Source: an uncultured Woeseiaceae bacterium (lineage in GTDB: Bacteria > Pseudomonadota > Gammaproteobacteria > Steroidobacterales > Woeseiaceae). Taken from it: a DNA stretch of 64,000 nt. This document shows, in pieces, positions 27,894 to 37,132 of the stretch. The stretch lies in NCBI GenBank assembly GCA_902517795.1, contig CABYDR010000001.1, positions 2,512 through 66,511 on the forward strand. Reading direction: 5' to 3'. Both the position numbers and the translations under genes were made by a program. Positions within the stretch are counted from its first letter, which is position 1, and each line of letters opens with the position of its first letter. The notes under the pieces were generated by a model. The model was not told the origin of the DNA. It saw nothing but the letters and a program-made list of their open reading frames with translations, and searched no databases.

Positions 27894-27980
27894 TGGTGCC
27901 CAGGGCCGGACTCGAACCGGCACGTCCTTTCGGACAACGGATTTTAAGTCCGTAGCGTCTACCAATTCCGCCACCCGGGC
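27894..27980 (-). tRNA. leuZ: tRNA-Leu (anticodon UAA)
   Basis: The reverse complement GCCCGGGTGGCGGAATTGGTAGACGCTACGGACTTAAAATCCGT...GGTTCGAGTCCGGCCCTGGGCACCA has a 7-bp acceptor stem, a long variable arm, a CTTAAAA anticodon loop and an encoded CCA. Confidence 0.9.
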
Positions 27981-27994
27981 CTAGGAAAGTTGAT

Positions 27995-28068
27995 TGGAGG
28001 CTAGGGTCGGAATCGAACCGGCGTCCGCGGCTTTGCAGGCCGCTGCATAACCACTCTGCCACCTAGCC
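27995..28068 (-). tRNA. cysT: tRNA-Cys (anticodon GCA)
   Basis: The reverse complement is GGCTAGGTGGCAGAGTGGTTATGCAGCGGCCTGCAAAGCCGCGGACGCCGGTTCGATTCCGACCCTAGCCTCCA. It folds as a cloverleaf with a CTGCAAA anticodon loop. Confidence 0.9.
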
Positions 28069-28140
28069 TGAACAACCAATAACTTCATATAGACTATGTA
28101 AAGATTATGACATTACATATATATCGAAGTATACATCGCT

Positions 28141-29430
28141 ATGCTTTATAATCAATCTCAAAAAATGATAACAATGTTAAATTTTATGAAAAAAATTAAA
28201 CCTATTGCATTATTAATGTATATATTTTCCTCAGTTTCAATCGCTGAAGACTCTCTTGATATTCAATTCTCAGATATATCGATAAAGACACCTGCTGGAA
28301 GCATGTCACCTCACCTGTCTACAAGTAAATCTAATATCACGATTTTGAATTGGCTAGAGCCAACTGATGATGGGCATAGAATACAGTTTTCTAGATTTGT
28401 TTCTGGCTGGACAGAACCATCGACAGTAACAAATGGAAATGATTGGTTTATTAACTGGGCTGATTTCCCTTCAGTCATTAATTTTAATCAAAATCAATAT
28501 GCAGCTCACTGGCTAAAAAAGAGCGGTGAATCAACATACGCTTATGATACTTATATTTCTATATCGAAAAATAATGGAAAATCCTGGTCAAAACCAATAA
28601 AAGCTCATGAAGATAAAACTCAAACAGAGCATGGCTTTCTCTCTTTTTATGAGTATAAAAATGAACTTGGATTTATATATCTAGACGGCAGAAAAATGGC
28701 AAATAAAGCTACACACGATAAAAACCATTCATCAATGTCGCTAAGATCAGGTTCTATCGATAGAAATTTGAAATTAAATAATACACACAATATTGATGGT
28801 TTAGTCTGTGAATGCTGTCAGACAGATATCACGATGACAGACAGGGGTCCAATCGGAGTATATCGCGACCGATCGACAGAAGAATATAGAGATATATATA
28901 TAACTAAATTAGAAAATGAGAGCTGGACTGAAGGTAAGCCATTACATCTAGATAACTGGAAAATTAACGGGTGCCCTGTAAATGGACCTGTAATAACGGG
29001 AAATAACAATGAGATTACAGTTGCCTGGTATACAAGATCTGGTGGAAAATCTAATATAAAGGTTGCCAAATCATTTGATTATGGTGAAACATTTAACGAG
29101 CCACTGCTCATCGGAACAAATGAGACAGTTGGTCATATAAGCATGACTAGCGATAACAAGAGAAATACTTGGTTGTTATGGCAAAAAACAGCAAAAAAAG
29201 GATTGGTCGAGCTCGTTTTAACAAGAATTGAACCCGACACAAATCAAATTATGCACAAAATTATTGAAGAAGCTGGAAAAAGCCCGAGATTCAGCTTTCC
29301 ACAGATTATTAGAAATGGTGAAACGATAATTCTAGCTTATACCACTGTGATTAATGATTCTCGTGAAACAAGAGGTAATAACAAGAAAACCTCAATTAAA
29401 TCAATATCTTTTAATACTAATCTATACTAG
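28141..29430 (+). CDS. secreted BNR/Asp-box repeat protein (sialidase-like beta-propeller superfamily)
   Basis: Asp-box-like motifs SKNNGKSW and SFDYGETF. The real start is probably the ATG at 28186 (MKKIKPIALLMYIFSSVSIAED signal peptide). Confidence 0.6.
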   Translation: MLYNQSQKMITMLNFMKKIKPIALLMYIFSSVSIAEDSLDIQFSDISIKTPAGSMSPHLSTSKSNITILNWLEPTDDGHRIQFSRFVSGWTEPSTVTNGNDWFINWADFPSVINFNQNQYAAHWLKKSGESTYAYDTYISISKNNGKSWSKPIKAHEDKTQTEHGFLSFYEYKNELGFIYLDGRKMANKATHDKNHSSMSLRSGSIDRNLKLNNTHNIDGLVCECCQTDITMTDRGPIGVYRDRSTEEYRDIYITKLENESWTEGKPLHLDNWKINGCPVNGPVITGNNNEITVAWYTRSGGKSNIKVAKSFDYGETFNEPLLIGTNETVGHISMTSDNKRNTWLLWQKTAKKGLVELVLTRIEPDTNQIMHKIIEEAGKSPRFSFPQIIRNGETIILAYTTVINDSRETRGNNKKTSIKSISFNTNLY

Positions 29431-29434
29431 ATTA

Positions 29435-29749
29435 TTATTTAATTTTTAATTTTGGTGCGTTAGTCATTATGCTTTTTATGCCTCTGTTCATTGAAGCTTT
29501 GTCCGCGTAACTTTGACTTGTCGCAATAACCTTATTATTTGCCGCTCTAACATTAAATGACCACTTTCCTGCTCTATTTTGCTTGGTATCAAATGAATCT
29601 TTACTTGCAGAGTTCATTGCTAGTGATTTAATGCCTTTCATGCAACCCGATCTTGAGGCATACCCTTGACTGGCACAGATTATCTGACCATTTCTTGCTC
29701 TGAGTCTGAATCTGGACTTTCCAGATCTGTCTTTATAAATTTCAAACAT
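29435..29749 (-). CDS. yegP: YegP-family protein (two DUF1508 repeats)
   Basis: Two tandem repeats of the pattern F.L.A.NG..I..SQ.Y.S......GI.S (FRLRARNGQIICASQGYASRSGCMKGIKS and FNVRAANNKVIATSQSYADKASMNRGIKS). Confidence 0.75.
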   Translation of the reverse strand: MFEIYKDRSGKSRFRLRARNGQIICASQGYASRSGCMKGIKSLAMNSASKDSFDTKQNRAGKWSFNVRAANNKVIATSQSYADKASMNRGIKSIMTNAPKLKIK

Positions 29750-29925
29750 TTTTTACTCCTATGTGCATAAATATAAAATGATATACTAACAAAAATAATT
29801 ACAAATAAAATTTAAAAAAAAATATTTTTAGGATTGGATATCTTTGCAATTAGTTGTATAGTATTTATCTTAAATCAACAACTAAACATTCAAATTATCC
29901 AAGACTCATGGGGAATAGAGAAAAA

Positions 29926-30336
29926 ATGAAAGCGTCGTCCTTTTTAAAGTTGGCCACTATATTTGGATCAACATTGCTAATTTTATCAGGATGCGCAGCT
30001 CCTGTTTATGTTTACCCAGAAACACCATCTTATGCTGTGCATTTTGAAAAAAATCCACGATCATTAAACTGCAGGCAATTGAATGAAGTTCGAATACAAG
30101 TATCATCATATATTGATGTAATTGCTGAAGAACAGATCGAAGGTGCTTCAAGAAGTACACCGAACTTCACTGCCGGTGTATCAATTTCTAATCCAACAAC
30201 TGGTAGAGATTTTCTTGGTTATCGTTCTGAAGGTGTAATGCCTGAAGTAAATGAATTTAGAAGATTAAAAGTCCTTCTAGAGGAAATAGAAGATTTACAA
30301 GTGCTGAAGTGCACAAGAACTAGTTTAGATAATTAA
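29926..30336 (+). CDS. hypothetical lipoprotein
   Basis: The ORF track starts at 29854. The internal ATG at 29926 gives MKASSFLKLATIFGSTLLILSGC with a lipobox. Confidence 0.5.
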   Translation: MKASSFLKLATIFGSTLLILSGCAAPVYVYPETPSYAVHFEKNPRSLNCRQLNEVRIQVSSYIDVIAEEQIEGASRSTPNFTAGVSISNPTTGRDFLGYRSEGVMPEVNEFRRLKVLLEEIEDLQVLKCTRTSLDN

Positions 30337-30390
30337 AATCAATTTAATAAAATTATTTAATTAATACAAATAAGTAACTGATAAATAGAG

Positions 30391-31248
30391 TTATTTACAA
30401 TCATCATTTCTTATACCCCAGGGAAGCTTTGTTTTACAAAGTATGGCTTTATCAATATTGATATTGAGTATTTTTGCAAATCTTAGATTTGCATACCGAA
30501 GATCAGCATTAAAGAAATTTGTGTTTATAAGTTTAGCACCAGTAAAATCAGTACCCGATAAATCCGCACTTGAAAAATTGGTATTAGATAAGTCTGCATT
30601 CATAAAATTAGATTGTCTTAAATTTGATTTGATGAACTGAGCATCAACTAATTTGGTGTCTACAAATACTGATCCATGAGCATCTGAATGACTAAGATCT
30701 CCTTCTTCAATATTTGCTTCCGAAAAATTAGACATAGATAAGACCGATGAACGCATCACAATATTTTTCATTCCTGCTTTAACGAGTGATGATCTGCTAA
30801 TATTTATATTATTTGCCCAGGCATTATTTAACTCAGCTTCATCAAGAATTGTGTTTTTAAGACTTGTATTTCTTATGCTTGAATTGGATAAATTCGAATA
30901 ACTTAGATCCGCATCCATCAAATCAGAATCGTCCAGCTTTGCTGATTGAAATGAAGCATATCTTAAATTAGTGTTTTTAAAATTTGCGGCTGTTATTGTT
31001 GAATTATTCAGTGACGCATTAATCAAAGTTGAATCAGAAAAATTAGTGTTGGCTAAATTCGCATTTTCTAATTCAGCATTATTCAGATTTATATCGCTTA
31101 AATTAGTATTCGAAAGATTGCATCCGTTACAGATATTTGATTCAAGAAAATTATCAAGCTCTATGCTTCTATCTTGAGCAAAAGCTAACTTGATTGGAAA
31201 TATCAAAAAAATGTAAAGCTGGATTTTTTTATTTAGCATTAAAATCAA
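30391..31248 (-). CDS. secreted pentapeptide-repeat protein
   Basis: Signal peptide followed by more than 35 consecutive A(D/N)LXX-type pentapeptides (NLSNTNLSDINLNNAELENANLANTNFSDS...). Confidence 0.85.
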   Translation of the reverse strand: MILMLNKKIQLYIFLIFPIKLAFAQDRSIELDNFLESNICNGCNLSNTNLSDINLNNAELENANLANTNFSDSTLINASLNNSTITAANFKNTNLRYASFQSAKLDDSDLMDADLSYSNLSNSSIRNTSLKNTILDEAELNNAWANNINISRSSLVKAGMKNIVMRSSVLSMSNFSEANIEEGDLSHSDAHGSVFVDTKLVDAQFIKSNLRQSNFMNADLSNTNFSSADLSGTDFTGAKLINTNFFNADLRYANLRFAKILNINIDKAILCKTKLPWGIRNDDCK

Positions 31249-31336
31249 ATATGATGAGTATTAATACAATAATAATAACAAGGGCAATTATGTCAACTAT
31301 GCGTTGCTCTTGCTCTAGTTCGAAACAACTTTAAAT

Positions 31337-32140
31337 CTAATGATTTTTTTTCAATGAAGTTTTCATATAGTCTACAAGAATCATATGCGGCACAGTTAGC
31401 GCTGCCAGGCCAATAAAAGTTATCTTTAGCAAATCATCTGAAATCATTTTGTTATCGCTAACATAATAAACAGTAGAAAAAATTAGCATAAATGTCACCA
31501 TGCTATATACCAGAGTTTCTTTTATTGCTTGATGCTTCTCTTTTTTACTTAATATTCTTAGAACTTTATTCATATGCCTAGGGCCATGTATCAAACAAAA
31601 GTAGATTGAGAAAGAGACTAGAGGTGGCAACACATAAATCAAAATTAATAAAATAATTAATTGAACATACCTTTTTACATAGGATTTTCTTCTAATAAAA
31701 TTAACTGTGTATAAAAAGAACACTAAAAACCAAGCGTAAAATAGATAAGTGATTATTGAGATTAGAAAGGTTGCTGTGTCAGCACCTAGCAAAAAAAATA
31801 TATCTGTTGCTTCTTCAGTATGCGACCATGGGATCATAACTGGCACCAAGCCAGCGTGTGAAAAAAAGGATATCCTGTTTATTTTTTCATCATCATCGTA
31901 TTCACTATGCGCGAAGTGAAGACCGGAAATCAACAAAAAAATTATAAGTGAAATCAGGGGCTGATATAACCAAAATACAATAACAAATAGAGAAATGACG
32001 ATGTAGGAAAAATGAAAGACAAAAAAATAATTTGCTGTATTAGGCCATCCCTTCATTCGCGCAATCGTGTTATCTAATGCGCCGTGCGGTATACCGAGAA
32101 GAATAATGCATAACAGTGCTACCCAGTTGTATACCTCCAT
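31337..32140 (-). CDS. blh: Brp/Blh-family beta-carotene 15,15'-dioxygenase (retinal synthesis)
   Basis: Polytopic membrane protein with the N-terminal GIPHGALD motif and conserved His residues. Lies directly after crtY in the proteorhodopsin cluster. Confidence 0.8.
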   Translation of the reverse strand: MEVYNWVALLCIILLGIPHGALDNTIARMKGWPNTANYFFVFHFSYIVISLFVIVFWLYQPLISLIIFLLISGLHFAHSEYDDDEKINRISFFSHAGLVPVMIPWSHTEEATDIFFLLGADTATFLISIITYLFYAWFLVFFLYTVNFIRRKSYVKRYVQLIILLILIYVLPPLVSFSIYFCLIHGPRHMNKVLRILSKKEKHQAIKETLVYSMVTFMLIFSTVYYVSDNKMISDDLLKITFIGLAALTVPHMILVDYMKTSLKKNH

Positions 32141-32145
32141 ATAAT

Positions 32146-33255
32146 TTATCCTCTTTTGATGCTTTTAAGAATTTGCTCAATAAATGGCTTTTTTGGCATT
32201 TGAGCTATCACTTTTGACCAAATATTGAAGCTTGTTGTGTTTGTCATAAACCTTGCAAATTCGTCTGCAGATAATGATTTTGACGTATTAAGGAACAAAT
32301 CAATGGCAATCTGAGGGTTATTTATTAATACTTTGTTGAATATCTCATCCATGAAAGTAACAAATTTATTCATTGTTACTGGAACATCATAGCACTCATT
32401 TCTTATATTATTTGCCAATTCGCCAACTTGAGATTGAATATTATGAAAAGCATATCCTGAGGACATCCTGACAGCACCTCCCCTTGCTCCAATGCAATGG
32501 ATACCCTTATTTTTATATTCTATTTTACCTTGAGATATAACACCCTTTTCAGATGAAAGTTTTTTTAGATAATTTAGGTTTTTATTTTTCATCCATAATT
32601 TTATCTGATCCTCATACCATTCTACCTGGTTGAGCTCTTTTGAAATTACAGTTGACTCAACGAATAACTTTCTTTCTGAAAAAGGGAGTGCATATATAAA
32701 GTGCAACCCATTATATTGATCAACATCAAAATCCATTAAAATCACTGAATCAATGTGATGAGCTTCAGTTAATTCAAACTCTATACCGTAAAAATGTTGT
32801 CTTAATAAACCAGCATTTAGTTTTGGTGGTCTACTATCATAAACATGGCATGCAGAGACAATATTATTTTTACAGATTATTTCTTTTCGATTATTTTTTT
32901 TTGAGATCTCAACTACTGCGTCTCTTATAATAAGAATATTAGAATTATTTAACTCATTTTCAATTTGTGATAAATACATGGATGCATTTATACATACGTA
33001 TTTATAACTTGAGCTGGAGTGAATTATTTTTTGTGTTTTATTAGAAACTGTCCAATCTTCCCAACTACCCTTTATTGAATTTTTAAAAATAGAAAGATTG
33101 TCTTTATGCATCCAAGTGCACCAATTTGCAACTTTATTCTCTGGAAGCTCTGGCTCAATAACAACTATCTTCTTTTTTGTTTGATCTCGAAATAAATTTC
33201 TCGCCAATGATAGTCCAGCATTACCAGCACCTATAATTGCAATATCAAAGTTCAT
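32146..33255 (-). CDS. crtY: lycopene beta-cyclase
   Basis: Rossmann start MNFDIAIIGAGNAGLSLA. The ORF track extends to 33324, but that would overlap crtB by 80 nt, so the ATG at 33253-33255 is preferred. Confidence 0.8.
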   Translation of the reverse strand: MNFDIAIIGAGNAGLSLARNLFRDQTKKKIVVIEPELPENKVANWCTWMHKDNLSIFKNSIKGSWEDWTVSNKTQKIIHSSSSYKYVCINASMYLSQIENELNNSNILIIRDAVVEISKKNNRKEIICKNNIVSACHVYDSRPPKLNAGLLRQHFYGIEFELTEAHHIDSVILMDFDVDQYNGLHFIYALPFSERKLFVESTVISKELNQVEWYEDQIKLWMKNKNLNYLKKLSSEKGVISQGKIEYKNKGIHCIGARGGAVRMSSGYAFHNIQSQVGELANNIRNECYDVPVTMNKFVTFMDEIFNKVLINNPQIAIDLFLNTSKSLSADEFARFMTNTTSFNIWSKVIAQMPKKPFIEQILKSIKRG

Positions 33256-34162
33256 TGGCACCTGATAAACCCTGAAAATATTTATGGAGCTTTTTTTCAT
33301 GAAGGGGAACTTTTTTTGGAACAATGCAATTCAGTGAGATAATGCTTAAAAGCATTTTCTTTTTATTACTAACAATTGTTCTTCCTTTCCACCATTGAGT
33401 GCCATTTTGGACCAGTTTAACTCCAATTTGCCGATATAATTTTAGTGCGATAGCTATAGCAATTCTCGATCTCATGGGAATGTAATAAATTCCTTTTGAA
33501 GCACTTTCATAATATTTTTCTGCAAGAGAAAAAAGTTTTGCAGTCGCATTTGAAATAGCTTCTTTGTCTGATAAATTTTTCTGAGCTATCCTCTCAGGTT
33601 CATTATCTAACCAAGTTGATGGAATATATCTTCGTCCAATTTGAGCATCTTCAAGGACATCTCTAGCGATATTAGTCAATTGCATTGCAACACCCAGGTC
33701 TACAGCAAAATATACTGACTGCCTTTCAGAACAATTTAGGATGCTTTGAACCATAACACCAACAGTTCCTGCAACAGCATGGCAATACCTTAGTAGTTCT
33801 TTTTCATCAGCAATTCTTACTGATCCTTGATCACTCAGCATTCCCTCCATTAATTCTTCCGCCGCATGGACTGGTATAGAGCATTCTGATACAAGATCAA
33901 GGAATTCTTTTACAACTTCTGGCTGATTCTTCTGATCTTTATTTACTAAGTGATCTTTAATATTGTTCAGCAATAATTCTCTGTTTGGATTATTGCTGTC
34001 TGCGAGATTATCAACGTATCTACAAAACTTATAAAGTCTTGCCACTTTTTGAGAAAGTATTTTACCTAAAAACTGACTAGCCCAATAAAAAGAGCTCCCA
34101 TATTTTTTTAATACTTGTTTAGGTTCATTTTGAATCATTTTTTTCACCTGATCCGACTTCAA
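33245..34162 (-). CDS. crtB: phytoene synthase
   Basis: Squalene/phytoene synthase motifs YCHAVAGTVG and QLTNIARDVLEDAQIGRRYIP. Confidence 0.85.
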   Translation of the reverse strand: MKSDQVKKMIQNEPKQVLKKYGSSFYWASQFLGKILSQKVARLYKFCRYVDNLADSNNPNRELLLNNIKDHLVNKDQKNQPEVVKEFLDLVSECSIPVHAAEELMEGMLSDQGSVRIADEKELLRYCHAVAGTVGVMVQSILNCSERQSVYFAVDLGVAMQLTNIARDVLEDAQIGRRYIPSTWLDNEPERIAQKNLSDKEAISNATAKLFSLAEKYYESASKGIYYIPMRSRIAIAIALKLYRQIGVKLVQNGTQWWKGRTIVSNKKKMLLSIISLNCIVPKKVPLHEKKLHKYFQGLSGANEL

Positions 34163-35642
34163 CTCCTGTCATAAGCTCTTGCATTACTTTAGCAGAACTT
34201 ATGACACCAGGTAATCCTGCACCAGGATGTGTCCCTGCACCAACAAAATAGAGATTTTTGTATCTCTTATGTTGATTGTGAAATCTAAACCATGCAGATT
34301 GGGTAAGCTTTGGCTCAACTGAAAATCCAGCACCATTAATAGACCTATAGTCATCTTTAAATTCTTGTGGAGTCATCCAAAATACTCCCTCTATACACTC
34401 ATTTAAATTCGGCATGATTGTTTGATTTAATGCTTCAATTATCTTATCTGCTAGGACTTTTCCCTCTATCTTCCAGTTAACATCCCCTTGTAAATTTGGA
34501 ACAGGACACAATACGTAGAATGAGTCATGCCCTTCAGGAGCGAATGAGCTATCTGTCGCAGATGGACGATGCAAGTATAAGGAGAAATCATCGCCTAATT
34601 TTTTTTTCTCAAAAATATCATGCAATAGTGATTGGTATTTTTTCCCCATCCATATCGTATGGTGGGCGACATTATTAAATTTAACTTTGGTGCCAAAATA
34701 AAGCACGTAAAGTCCCATTGAATAGGTTTTTTTTAGGTTAAATGGATTTGTGACAGATTTTTCACTAAGTAATTCTCGGTAACAAACTTCTGGATCACCG
34801 GCAAATACAATATTATCAGCGATGAGATTTGTATTATCTTCAGTATCTATTGAAATAACTTTATTGCCTTGTTTATTAATTCTTTTAACATCGCAATTTT
34901 TAATAATTTTAATTTCATGCCTTAACATTAGTTTTTCTAGCTCACTGACTAATTTACCGGTCCCCCCCATACAAAAGAACACACCCCACTTTCTTTCTAA
35001 ATAATGAATTAATGCATAGATAGATGTTGTAGTGAATGGGTTTCCTCCAATTAAAAGAGGATGAATTGAGAATGCTTTTCTGATCAAAGGATGTTTAAGA
35101 TGTTTGCTGACCATTTGCCAAACTGTTCTATAACATTTTAATCTCAGTAAGGCCGGTATCTGAGATACCATTGAATATAGGGATACAAATGGCCTATGGA
35201 CAAGTTTTTTGAAGCCAATATCGTAGATTAATTTTGACTCAACTAAAAGGTCCTCATACCTTCTAGTATCTTTAGGATCAAATTTTTCAATTTCCGACTT
35301 TGTATCTTCTATAGAAGCTCTATAGTTAAAATACTCGTCGGATTCACTAAAGTAAAAACGGTAGTAAGGATCGAGGTGGACAAATTCTAGATGATCATCT
35401 AGATGCTCATCAAATAGCTCGAATAATTCGCGAAATAAAAAAGGTGCCGTTATGACTGTTGGTCCAGCATCATGTTTATACTCACCTTTTTTGAAGGTTC
35501 TTGCCCTGCCGCCTAATTGATCCAGTCTCTCAATTAATATCACCTCATGACCGAGCGATCTTAGCCTGAGTGCCGATGCGATACCAGCAAACCCTGAACC
35601 AATAACAATTGATTTGATTGAATAAGTTTTTGATATTTCCAA
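34125..35642 (-). CDS. crtI: phytoene desaturase
   Basis: N-terminal FAD motif VIGSGFAGIASALRL..LIERLDQLGGRA, C-terminal FVGAGTHPGAGLPGV, about 500 aa. Confidence 0.85.
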   Translation of the reverse strand: MEISKTYSIKSIVIGSGFAGIASALRLRSLGHEVILIERLDQLGGRARTFKKGEYKHDAGPTVITAPFLFRELFELFDEHLDDHLEFVHLDPYYRFYFSESDEYFNYRASIEDTKSEIEKFDPKDTRRYEDLLVESKLIYDIGFKKLVHRPFVSLYSMVSQIPALLRLKCYRTVWQMVSKHLKHPLIRKAFSIHPLLIGGNPFTTTSIYALIHYLERKWGVFFCMGGTGKLVSELEKLMLRHEIKIIKNCDVKRINKQGNKVISIDTEDNTNLIADNIVFAGDPEVCYRELLSEKSVTNPFNLKKTYSMGLYVLYFGTKVKFNNVAHHTIWMGKKYQSLLHDIFEKKKLGDDFSLYLHRPSATDSSFAPEGHDSFYVLCPVPNLQGDVNWKIEGKVLADKIIEALNQTIMPNLNECIEGVFWMTPQEFKDDYRSINGAGFSVEPKLTQSAWFRFHNQHKRYKNLYFVGAGTHPGAGLPGVISSAKVMQELMTGVEVGSGEKNDSK

Positions 35643-35683
35643 GCTGTTTACCCAAAGCTTGATATTGAGGTTTGATGGATTGT

Positions 35684-35709
35684 GAAGGTCGGGAATAAGC
35701 CCGACCTTT
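35684..35709 (-). terminator. stem-loop between proteorhodopsin and crtI (possible partial terminator or RNA-stability element)
   Basis: A 9-10 bp perfect stem (aaggtcggg / cccgacctt) with a 6-nt loop, starting 26 nt after the PR stop codon. No U-tract follows on the transcript, so termination efficiency is uncertain. Confidence 0.4.
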
Positions 35710-35734
35710 CACGAATCCGATTAACTCAGATCAA

Positions 35735-36415
35735 TTATCCTGAGTCTTTAACTGCTGCTGCCCATATAACTAAACCAAATGCAGTCTTGTTTACCAAGTC
35801 TGCTAAGTTGTAAATTATATTAAGAGCATCGGCATTTCCTTCACCACCGACTAAGTAACCTATTGGGTATATAGCCCATCCAACTAGAACGATCATCCGG
35901 AGAGCGTTAAAAGCCATCTGACCAGCTGCATTTCCGCTAGCCTCGCTGGCTTTCGCTGCATCTCCAGCGAAAATCAAGTAGATTACAGCTGCCCATCCAA
36001 TCATACCAATAGTGAATGCAGGCATGCTTGCCATATATCCAGTTTCTCCCATGTAGCCACCTATTAACATGACTAGAGAAGCAATTAGTAGCTTCCAGAA
36101 TAGTGAAGATCTAACTGTAGTCACAGCAGCAAGAATGAGATAAAACTCAACTATCTGCAATGGAACAGTAATCAACCAATCAATATATCTGAGAACTGTT
36201 GGTGACTCACCAGTTGCTACCCATCCGGCCCTCATGTAGAGATAGTGCCAAAAAGCAACACCTGTTACCAAAGCTGCAACTGTGAGCGATGTTCTCCACT
36301 TACCATTTACATCTCCTCTTTCAGCAAGAAAGAAGACAGTAGATGCAAGCATTATCGCAGTTGCCAGCCAAAAGGAAATACCAACGGCATCGTTGGTTGC
36401 GAGCATAGATTCCAT
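35735..36415 (-). CDS. proteorhodopsin, blue-tuned (Gln at the position-105 equivalent)
   Basis: RYIDWLITVPLQIVEFY contains the Asp97 acceptor, Gln105 and Glu108 donor equivalents. FWHY contains the His75 equivalent and NLADLVNKTAFG the Schiff-base Lys. I prefer the ATG at 36413-36415 (MESML...) because AAGGGGA lies 6 nt upstream. The ORF track starts at 36436. Confidence 0.9.
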   Translation of the reverse strand: MESMLATNDAVGISFWLATAIMLASTVFFLAERGDVNGKWRTSLTVAALVTGVAFWHYLYMRAGWVATGESPTVLRYIDWLITVPLQIVEFYLILAAVTTVRSSLFWKLLIASLVMLIGGYMGETGYMASMPAFTIGMIGWAAVIYLIFAGDAAKASEASGNAAGQMAFNALRMIVLVGWAIYPIGYLVGGEGNADALNIIYNLADLVNKTAFGLVIWAAAVKDSG

Positions 36416-36732
36416 AAGAAATCCCCTTATTTTCAAATTGTTAGCACTCCAGTTTTTAATTTGAAATACTAACTTTTAAAAACATGACTTCATTTTGAAT
36501 TAATACTTTAGAATATCAAAATAAAGTCACCCAAAAGCCTGTGCAAGGCTCATTTGTGCCATAAGTTAAAATTGAGACTTTAACTTGTATATCATGAATA
36601 GCACAATTTTCTAGATGAGAATGATTCTCATACCTCACCTAACTAAAATTTAACAATACTTAACAATAGAATTCAAGTCATATTTAACTTAAATATTGAC
36701 ATATTCTGACATGCAAAAATGGGCTAATTGAA

Positions 36733-36808
36733 TGGAGCGGGAAACCGGGTTCGAACCGGCGACCTCAACCTTGGCAAGGTTGCGCTCTACCAACTGAGCT
36801 ATTCCCGC
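36733..36808 (-). tRNA. glyW: tRNA-Gly (anticodon GCC)
   Basis: The reverse complement is GCGGGAATAGCTCAGTTGGTAGAGCGCAACCTTGCCAAGGTTGAGGTCGCCGGTTCGAACCCGGTTTCCCGCTCCA, with a TTGCCAA anticodon loop. Confidence 0.9.
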
Positions 36809-37132
36809 ATAAGTAAGAAATATATTCTAACTGGATCTTGAGATTAGATAAAGAATTGATTGCCGTCACACCACCGTCACTTATCAGGCTTACAGGTATT
36901 ACAGATCTTTTGGAGTTATTTGGAGGTTGTAAAATTTTTTTAAAGGTTAATTTTGATTTGGTTACATCAATTAAACAAGAACAAGATTAATGTCATGAAA
37001 GTTAATTTCTTCATACCTAAACCCTAACAAGAACTCCCTGAATAAACAAATCAGGATGCTTTTTGATAAATAAACCTCCTATTTATTCACTATTTATTTA
37101 CAGAAATATTCCTATGTTGTTAAATACAGGCT

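Larger units (their letters stand above)
16556..27980. mobile_element. tandem array of four integrase-less cassettes bounded by tRNA-Leu 3'-part direct repeats (genomic island at tRNA-Leu)
   Basis: An intact tRNA-Leu at one end and co-oriented partial copies at 21924, 18226, 17139 and 16556. Each copy lies in an intergenic gap between functionally unrelated gene sets. Confidence 0.6.

Noticed and set aside
16556-27980. Possibility that the repeated about 57-nt elements are a CRISPR array
   Set aside because: The spacing is 0.5-6 kb with full genes in between, the repeats are diverged, and they are clearly tRNA-derived. No cas genes are present.
27880-28062. 60-aa ORF on the minus strand
   Set aside because: It lies entirely over tRNA-Leu and tRNA-Cys. 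It is open only because of the GC-rich tRNA sequence.
31249-31336. gttcgaa-containing stretch downstream of blh, considered as a tRNA-Gly or tRNA-Cys fragment marking the edge of the photosystem insertion
   Set aside because: Similarity is limited to a 7-nt T-loop-like string. There is no extended alignment to either tRNA.
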